A program made the translations under genes and the position numbers. Source: an uncultured SAR86 cluster bacterium (GTDB lineage Bacteria; Pseudomonadota; Gammaproteobacteria; Magnimaribacterales; TMED112). From it: a DNA stretch of 64,000 nt. Positions 9,162 to 15,376 of this stretch are shown here, in pieces (the first letter of the stretch is position 1; every line of letters begins with the position of its first letter). The notes under the pieces were generated by a model. That model was not told the DNA's origin and did no database searches. It worked only from the letters and a program-made list of their open reading frames with translations. The stretch is from assembly GCA_902610995.1 (NCBI GenBank), contig CACLXU010000001.1, positions 144,422 to 208,421 on the forward strand, read 5' to 3'.

Positions 9162-9976
9162 TTCTGATCAAGAGATTTAGATTTCTTTTCAAGCTTTTTA
9201 TCTCTAGATATGGAGTAATCAAAGTCAATGATTGATCCCTCCCAATCTCCATACATAGGATTTGAAAACATATACCAAGAGACGCCCCAATAATCATCAT
9301 ATTTTTTAGTAACGCTAATTCTTTCAGCAGGTGAAAGATTATTTTCTTTAATATCAACAAAATCACCTAGGTTATCGCCAAACATCATTACAATTCTGTA
9401 ATCTCTAGCTAATAACTCTCTTCTTGAAGATTTATTGGAACCCCAATTATTTTCACCTCTAGATAAAATAAAGTCCTTTTTTTTCGGCAGATTTAGGCCA
9501 AGCTTCTGGTAATTTTTAATAGTTGCTTCTTCAATTTCCTTGACTCTATTTGTAACAAAGAAAATTTCTACGCCTTCTGAAAGAGCAAACTGAAGAAATT
9601 CAAGCGCACCTGGTAAAAATTCTGCTTGCTCCTCTTTGGCCCAGCTTACCCAACCATCTGGATAAGAAGTATTGTTTTTTATCAATCTTGCCTGGTAAGC
9701 GCTGTTATCCAGGACGGTTTGGTCAACATCAAGAATTATCGCGGGTGGCTTATTGTGATAATTATCTGTTTGTTCAAGTGCGGCAGTGTGATATTTGTTT
9801 TGAAGCAGTTCTTTTAAATTATTTTCTGCTGCTTTATAGATAGATTTAGAATTTGCATAAAACTCTGCAGATGACTGTACAAATAATGTTGCCATGAGAA
9901 GTTCATGATCTTTCTCATTACTATTCAGAGGTGTGCTGATTAAAATAAAAATGATTATTATTTTAAAAAATTTCAT
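9158..9976 (-). CDS. class C acid phosphatase / 5'-nucleotidase, e(P4) family (HAD superfamily), exported
   Basis: 272 aa. Signal peptide; ILDVDQTVLDNS (DxDxT) and GDNLGDF motifs of the DDDD phosphatase family. No lipobox Cys. ATGA overlap with phoA. Confidence 0.8.
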   Translation of the reverse strand: MKFFKIIIIFILISTPLNSNEKDHELLMATLFVQSSAEFYANSKSIYKAAENNLKELLQNKYHTAALEQTDNYHNKPPAIILDVDQTVLDNSAYQARLIKNNTSYPDGWVSWAKEEQAEFLPGALEFLQFALSEGVEIFFVTNRVKEIEEATIKNYQKLGLNLPKKKDFILSRGENNWGSNKSSRRELLARDYRIVMMFGDNLGDFVDIKENNLSPAERISVTKKYDDYWGVSWYMFSNPMYGDWEGSIIDFDYSISRDKKLEKKSKSLDQK

Positions 9977-9990
9977 AAGTCATTATATCC

Positions 9991-12570
9991 TTAATCTTTT
10001 GGGCTAAGCTCAAATTGAATATTGATTAATCTCCCCCTTGGATCATGTACTCTAGTATCAAAGCTAAAATCAGGTGCGTCATAGAGTTTTGGGGGCTGCT
10101 CATCAAAAAGGTTTATCAGAGAAAATGAGGTTGTTAAATCCAAACCCTCAAAAAGATTTTTAAATTTCTGTCTGTATGTAAAATCAAATACCAAAAAACT
10201 ACTAACCTTATTCTTATAACCCTTGCTAAGTGCACTATCCGGAATATTCCGCTCATTTGTATAGCCATCAATATATCTTGCAATTAAGCCTAATTCGTGA
10301 GGGGCATAATTCCATTGAATAAAAGAATTTATTCTTTTTTTTGGGATTGAGTGAGTATTGGCATCAAAGTTAAATCTGCCTACTCTATTTATCATGGCGC
10401 TGGTTCCGGCTCCAGGAGTTAAGAATTCAATAAAATTGGTACCTTTTATGATTAATTTTAAGTTTCCTAAATCATCAAGATCAAAATTCTCGTTAAAAGA
10501 AAAATCAAATCCAGAAACTTTTGTGGATGTCTCATTAAAGTAAGTTGTTGTCACACCTATTAATTCTCCAGATTCGTTTCTTGTTATGCTTGATCCATAG
10601 GGATCATTTATTAAAAGGGCTTGAGAGCTTTCTGATTCAACTCTATTTTTATAGTCAATGGACCAGTAATCTATAATTAATTCTCGTTTAAAAGAATTAA
10701 GCTCTATTCCAAAGTTTAAATTGTCCGCCAGTGAAGGTTTCAGCTCAGGGTTTCCAATTTGTGCTTGGCGTACAAATATATTGTCATCAAAATCTCTGAC
10801 ACTTCCTAGATTAATTTCACTGGAAAACATTTGAGCCATAGATGGCATTGAAAAAGATGATCCATAGGACCCTCTAAGGGAAATTAAATCATTTAATTTA
10901 GACTTAAATGACATTTTAGGATCAAATGAGGAATAGTTATCTGATTCTTCATATCTTCCTGAAATCATTAAATCAATGAAATCAGTAGGGCTTGATCTTC
11001 CTTCAAAAAATAGTGCAAACTTAGTTCTATCAGTAGCAACATTCTTACCACCACCTAGGAAAAAGAGATCGGCAATTTTTGTAATTTTCCCATCTGCATC
11101 AAACTCAGCTCTAGCAATATCGTTATATGTAATATCTAAATTTTCAAAACTAATTTGGGAACCAAATGCTAGGTAGTAGTTATTGATGCTTGTCCTGCCA
11201 ATAATATCTAGCACTGATAAAGTCCCGATTTTTTCCGAAATTTCTGCACCCCTCACATAATCAATTAAAGATTGTGAGTTTTTATTAGGCTCAAATATGT
11301 TCCATTGTTCATTTCCAGAGGCACCTCCATTCCCACTCATAGCATCTTGAAACCTCGAATCAATTATATCGGGTCTATTGTGTTTATTTTTATGTTCGCT
11401 AGTTGTAAGTGAAAATTCAAAATCAAAATCTTCTACTACTTTATAAAATGAATAATTTAGATGGTATTGAGAAATATCTTTTGGGGAAAATGGTGAGGGA
11501 AATTGAGACCCTAAAGGTCGACCTCTCCACTTTACCGGAACATTAAAAGGGGATGATCCCTCCCCTGGCTGAATAAGTCGAGTTAAATATGGTAGCGCTG
11601 GATAAGAAGGTGATTGGGGATTATCAATTACCCTTATATTTGAAGTCATCAAAGTAAAGTTATGAGAATTATTTCTAAGATTCAGGAAAAATTTTGAGTG
11701 ATCTTCAGTATTGACGATATTAAATCTCGTCCCGTAAAGAAATCTACAAAATCCTTGCAAAACACCACCATTCTCTACGCAGTTTGGATCGGGGACAATC
11801 TGATTTGCAGTGTATACACCCTCATATAAACCTTCTTCAATTTCGTCTGGTGCAGTAGTTATAAAAGTATTACCAAGACCACTTAAGGCTAATTCTGCTA
11901 TATTTGGAATTTCAGAAGCTGATAAAGGTGATCTATCAAGAATATTTGCAGCAAATACAAGGTCCCAGTTATTAATTTCAGAACCATACAGAAGACCAAA
12001 GTTTTGGTCCTTTTGACTGTAATTGGTTGTAGATTGATCGCCAAAACGAATTTTTATTCCTTTAAAGTCGTTATGAGTCAAAAAATTAATAACACCTGCG
12101 ACAGCATCTGATCCATAAGACGAGGTAGCTCCTTCTTTTAAAATTTCTATTTTTTTGAATGCAATTTCAGGGATGATATTTATATCAATGTATCCTTCAC
12201 CCTCATTGGAGGGTGTTCCTGCAAAGGTGTGTCTTTTTGAATTTATTAATAACAATGTTGAAGCATGATCCAATCCTCTTAACGTAATTGATGCCATCCC
12301 TTGATCAACTCCTCCCAATGTGTTTGATTGAAAGCGTGAACCAGAAGATATATTTAAGTATTTACTGATTTCAGCTAAGTTTGTAATGTTAAGTGAATTG
12401 AAGTCTGTGTCTGTAATGATTTCAGTTGGACTAATGTTTTCAGTAGCTTCACCCAGAAGAGAGCCAGTAATTACAACTTCTTCTATGTCATTTTCATCAC
12501 TAGAAATTAGCCCAAGAAAAAGAATTATTTTCAAAAACAGCAGGTTGTGACTTTTTATTTTCATCATCAT
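9991..12570 (-). CDS. TonB-dependent outer-membrane receptor
   Basis: 859 aa. Signal peptide; TonB-box-like IEEVVITGS; plug motifs (ASITLRGL, IEILKEGATSSYGSDAVAGVINF); long barrel region of alternating aromatic/polar strands. The stop lies 14 nt before the acid phosphatase start. Confidence 0.85.
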   Translation of the reverse strand: MMMKIKSHNLLFLKIILFLGLISSDENDIEEVVITGSLLGEATENISPTEIITDTDFNSLNITNLAEISKYLNISSGSRFQSNTLGGVDQGMASITLRGLDHASTLLLINSKRHTFAGTPSNEGEGYIDINIIPEIAFKKIEILKEGATSSYGSDAVAGVINFLTHNDFKGIKIRFGDQSTTNYSQKDQNFGLLYGSEINNWDLVFAANILDRSPLSASEIPNIAELALSGLGNTFITTAPDEIEEGLYEGVYTANQIVPDPNCVENGGVLQGFCRFLYGTRFNIVNTEDHSKFFLNLRNNSHNFTLMTSNIRVIDNPQSPSYPALPYLTRLIQPGEGSSPFNVPVKWRGRPLGSQFPSPFSPKDISQYHLNYSFYKVVEDFDFEFSLTTSEHKNKHNRPDIIDSRFQDAMSGNGGASGNEQWNIFEPNKNSQSLIDYVRGAEISEKIGTLSVLDIIGRTSINNYYLAFGSQISFENLDITYNDIARAEFDADGKITKIADLFFLGGGKNVATDRTKFALFFEGRSSPTDFIDLMISGRYEESDNYSSFDPKMSFKSKLNDLISLRGSYGSSFSMPSMAQMFSSEINLGSVRDFDDNIFVRQAQIGNPELKPSLADNLNFGIELNSFKRELIIDYWSIDYKNRVESESSQALLINDPYGSSITRNESGELIGVTTTYFNETSTKVSGFDFSFNENFDLDDLGNLKLIIKGTNFIEFLTPGAGTSAMINRVGRFNFDANTHSIPKKRINSFIQWNYAPHELGLIARYIDGYTNERNIPDSALSKGYKNKVSSFLVFDFTYRQKFKNLFEGLDLTTSFSLINLFDEQPPKLYDAPDFSFDTRVHDPRGRLINIQFELSPKD

Positions 12571-12628
12571 TTAGATACATATTAAATAGTACCATCTAAT
12601 ATAAATAAAAGGCTGTTATGTAGGATAT

Positions 12629-12650
12629 GGGAGAGGCTAAAGCCTCTCCC
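12629..12650 (-). terminator. GC-rich hairpin directly after the His-rich receptor gene (candidate terminator or RNA-stability element)
   Basis: GGGAGAGGCT-AA-AGCCTCTCCC is a perfect 10-nt inverted repeat (realistically 9 bp plus a 4-nt loop). It begins 8 nt after the stop at 12658 and is the only GC-rich element in the 87-bp spacer. No clean U-tract follows on the minus strand. Confidence 0.4.
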
Positions 12651-12657
12651 AAAATAA

Positions 12658-14955
12658 TTAGAAGTCTAATCTAAATTTCACACCAAAATTCAGTCCAGGA
12701 AGAGGTACCTGGTCTTTTACATAAGATGCGTGGTTTCTTGCAACTTCATCAAGAATATTATTTGCGAATAATGAAACTCTAAGGTTATTACCTGAGGCGA
12801 GGTTATAATCCTTACCAACTCTAAGGTTTAACATTTTATAGCCATCAGTTATTGTTTCACCATCACCAATTTCCTTTTGTGCTTCTACGTCCTTAAGAGT
12901 GAGGTTAAGTCTTAAATCGCTAGCTACATAAGATAAACTATATAGATTTCTGGCAGGTGTGATTCTTGGAATATTTTCACCATCGGAAAATTCTCCATTA
13001 ACTACATCTCTTCCAAAGGAGAGCTCAAGCTCGCCTGATGCAAGGATAAATCTTCTACCAAATTCAAATTCATAACCATTAAAATCAGCGTCTTGCTGAA
13101 GAAAATCTGCATGAATTAGACCTCCATGATCATCATGTCCCTCGTGCTCATCATGATCTTCATCGCCATGATCCTCATCGTGATGGTCCTCGTCCATGTG
13201 TTCAAGCTCATCTTGCAGATAGATATAATTTGAAATGCTATTTTGAAATGCAGTAAACTGTCCAAAAAAGTTTCCATCATCATAGAACAATGTCCCTTCA
13301 AAATTATTGCCTCTTTCTGGATCTAGGTTTACATCACCAGTTTCAAATCTACCTCGTGCTAAGTGTGGTCCATTCATTGCTAAATTTGTGCTAGAAGGTG
13401 CATTTGCAACGCTTGAAAAACTTACATCAAAGCTCATTGAATCATTGATCTGTTTTCTGAGACTTGCAGAGAAACTATATTCTTCATAAGTATTATCAAA
13501 AAATACTTCTTCCATTTCATGATGTTCATCCTCGTGCTCATCACCATGCTCGTCACCATGATCATCATCGTGATGCTCTTCTTCATGATGTTCTGTTATG
13601 GAACCTTTTCGATTTACTGAGTCATACCTTACCCCAAGATCCAAATCAAAATCTCCAGGCAAATCAGTGCCAAGATAATATCCGATGTTGAACTCTTCAC
13701 TTTGAACTGGGTTCATGAAAGCTTCAGCACCAACTATTGCCTCATCCATCTCTAAGAAATTAACCATCACCTTTGCAGAATGAGAATTTCTGAATGGCGC
13801 AAAGTCAAAGATTGCACCAAATTCTGTTGCATCATTTGTAAATACTGTAGGTCCTTCCTCATGTCCATGATCATCATGATCTTCACCTTCATGCTCATCA
13901 CCGTGTTCGTCTCCATGTTCTTCAGCATGCTGTTCTGAAAATGCATACTCAGTGTCCCTAAAGAAGTAGTCAACACTGTTTACCAAGCTACCATTAACAT
14001 TAAAACTACCTTGAAGATTAACAGCCTGTGAATCTGTGAAGGCATAAATTCTCTCACCTTCATGCTCATCACCATGCTCATCACCATGATCTTCATCGCC
14101 ATGCTCATCACCATGCTCATCACCATGCTCTTCACCATGATCATCGCCATGGAATGGAATTCCATATACTGTTTCTTGGTCCTCTAGAGATATACCAAAA
14201 TATCCCCAGTCACCTACTCTAGAAACCCCAAATCTTGAAGTTGTTGATCCAAAATCAGAATTTGCAAGAAAGCCCATGTCTTCTTCATGCTCGTCATGAT
14301 CTTCATCTTCGTGCTCTTCCTCAGAATGGATAATGGCACCATTTGGAATATCATAGTTTCCAAATTGAGAATCCTTAAATGAAAAGGTGAGATTTAACCC
14401 ACCGACATTATTTTCATAGAAAAAGTTCTTGGAATCACCCTCATTAACAGTTTGAAATTCAACACCCAGACCGCCAGCTTGCTCCTCAAAATTTTTCTGA
14501 GAAATAGTGTTATCAATGATATTGACAACACCTCCAAGTGCGCCTTTTGCATAAAGCAATGATGAAGGTCCTCGAATTATTTCTATTTGTCTTATATTAA
14601 AAAGGTCAACTTCATTAAGATGGTCAGCACCCATGCCAGCAACATCGGCAACACTAAGACCATTTCTCAGAATTTTTACCCTTCCATCCAGCAACCCACG
14701 TATAGCAGGCTGACCAACTGCAGCTCCATAATCTACTGAAGATACTCCTAAAAGATCATCAATCGATTCACCTAAACTCTGTGTGCCCGTATCGCCAAGT
14801 TCTTCACCATTTACGATATGGATTGGATCCCCTATTTCAGAAAGTTGTCTGTCTTCGTCAGTTAGTGACGAGGTTACGACAACTTCTTCGACCTCTTGTG
14901 TTTCGACTATGAATGTGAGCGAAACAAATAAACTTATAATTAATATTTTTTTCAT
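12658..14955 (-). CDS. TonB-dependent receptor with five His/Asp/Glu-rich inserts (candidate divalent-metal, ZnuD-like, receptor)
   Basis: 765 aa. Signal peptide; TonB-box-like EEVVVTSS; plug IEIIRGPSSLLYAKGALGGVVNII; canonical C-terminus GVKFRLDF. It carries five H/D/E/G low-complexity blocks (listed as repeat features). Confidence 0.85.
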   Translation of the reverse strand: MKKILIISLFVSLTFIVETQEVEEVVVTSSLTDEDRQLSEIGDPIHIVNGEELGDTGTQSLGESIDDLLGVSSVDYGAAVGQPAIRGLLDGRVKILRNGLSVADVAGMGADHLNEVDLFNIRQIEIIRGPSSLLYAKGALGGVVNIIDNTISQKNFEEQAGGLGVEFQTVNEGDSKNFFYENNVGGLNLTFSFKDSQFGNYDIPNGAIIHSEEEHEDEDHDEHEEDMGFLANSDFGSTTSRFGVSRVGDWGYFGISLEDQETVYGIPFHGDDHGEEHGDEHGDEHGDEDHGDEHGDEHEGERIYAFTDSQAVNLQGSFNVNGSLVNSVDYFFRDTEYAFSEQHAEEHGDEHGDEHEGEDHDDHGHEEGPTVFTNDATEFGAIFDFAPFRNSHSAKVMVNFLEMDEAIVGAEAFMNPVQSEEFNIGYYLGTDLPGDFDLDLGVRYDSVNRKGSITEHHEEEHHDDDHGDEHGDEHEDEHHEMEEVFFDNTYEEYSFSASLRKQINDSMSFDVSFSSVANAPSSTNLAMNGPHLARGRFETGDVNLDPERGNNFEGTLFYDDGNFFGQFTAFQNSISNYIYLQDELEHMDEDHHDEDHGDEDHDEHEGHDDHGGLIHADFLQQDADFNGYEFEFGRRFILASGELELSFGRDVVNGEFSDGENIPRITPARNLYSLSYVASDLRLNLTLKDVEAQKEIGDGETITDGYKMLNLRVGKDYNLASGNNLRVSLFANNILDEVARNHASYVKDQVPLPGLNFGVKFRLDF
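13123..13209 (-). repeat. His/acidic coding block 5 (aa 583-611 ELEHMDEDHHDEDHGDEDHDEHEGHDDHG)
   Basis: Coordinates derived from the translation of the receptor ORF. Confidence 0.9.
13510..13593 (-). repeat. His/acidic coding block 4 (aa 455-482 EHHEEEHHDDDHGDEHGDEHEDEHHEME)
   Basis: Read from the translation. The DNA contains ctcatcaccatg and ctcgtcaccatg in tandem. Confidence 0.9.
13852..13935 (-). repeat. His/acidic coding block 3 (aa 341-368 EQHAEEHGDEHGDEHEGEDHDDHGHEEG)
   Basis: Read from the translation. The DNA contains near-copies of the same 12-nt unit (ctcatcaccgtg, ttcgtctccatg). Confidence 0.9.
14053..14151 (-). repeat. His/acidic coding block 2 (aa 269-301), tandem 12-nt HGDE repeats
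   Basis: The plus strand shows ctcatcaccatg (reverse complement CATGGTGATGAG = HGDE) four times exactly, as two tandem pairs, plus degenerate copies (ctcttcaccatg, atcatcgccatg). The protein reads HGDDHGEEHGDEHGDEHGDEDHGDEHGDEHEGE. Confidence 0.9.
14278..14328 (-). repeat. His/acidic coding block 1 (aa 210-226 HSEEEHEDEDHDEHEED)
   Basis: Coordinates derived from the translation of the receptor ORF. Confidence 0.9.
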
Positions 14956-14990
14956 TTTTACCTCCTTTGAAAAAATTAAATCTTAAAAAC

Positions 14991-15257
14991 CTAATCTTTC
15001 TGAGGAGGCGCTCTGGAGTGTGCACTTCTATGAGTTTTTTTAAAGTTGGATTGTATTGATGATTTTGATTTTAAATCAATGGGTAATTCGTTTTTTTCAA
15101 ATTTACTTGTTAATGAATTTAATTCAGATTCTTCACATGCAAGGCATTCAATTACAGTTTGTTCCTCAATCTCATGGTGATCATGAAGCAGAGGTTCAGC
15201 AATTAAGCCAAATGAAAGAAAAATTGTAAAAACTAAATTCTTACTGCTGTCCAACAT
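14991..15257 (-). CDS. small exported His/Cys protein, unknown function, first gene of the receptor locus
   Basis: 88 aa. N-terminal hydrophobic segment (LVFTIFLSFGLIA), then HDHHEIEE and a CxxC (ECLACEE), with a basic C-terminal tail. It lies 35 nt upstream of the His-rich receptor on the same strand. I recognise no family. Confidence 0.4.
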   Translation of the reverse strand: MLDSSKNLVFTIFLSFGLIAEPLLHDHHEIEEQTVIECLACEESELNSLTSKFEKNELPIDLKSKSSIQSNFKKTHRSAHSRAPPQKD

Positions 15258-15287
15258 AGGCTAACTATACCAGAAAAATCCTTTATT

Positions 15288-15317
15288 TATCAATGATAGA
15301 TATTTTTCTCAATATCT
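15288..15317 (-). promoter_or_regulatory. two adjacent AT-rich inverted repeats in the 119-bp region upstream of the small His/Cys ORF (candidate operator)
   Basis: TATCAATGATA (15288-15298, an 11-bp palindrome with Fur/Zur-like ATCATTGATAA content on the minus strand) overlaps AGATATT-tttctc-AATATCT (15298-15317). This could be chance in AT-rich DNA. Confidence 0.2.
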
Positions 15318-15376
15318 TTTCTGCTTAAGTAAACTTTTCAAGTTCAATATATATTCTTTCAAAAATAATTTTTTTA

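Noticed and set aside
12571-12657. A possible riboswitch (for example cobalamin) or a Pho box in the leaders of the two TonB receptor genes (12571-12657 and 15258-15376).
   Set aside because: The spacers of 87 and 119 bp are too short and too AT-rich for known receptor-associated riboswitches. I could not find a convincing CTGTCAT-type Pho box repeat by eye, so regulation remains open.
13116-14165. Track ORFs 13116-13301 (-), 13464-13691 (+), 13767-13976 (-) and 13980-14165 (-), which have odd Met/Val/Ser-rich or His-rich translations (for example MAMIMVKSMVMSMVMSMAMKIMVMSM and HHHARHHDHHRD).
   Set aside because: They are alternative-frame or antisense readings of the HGDE repeat DNA inside the well-supported TonB receptor ORF. 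Their periodic composition is a direct consequence of the 12-nt repeat, not independent coding.
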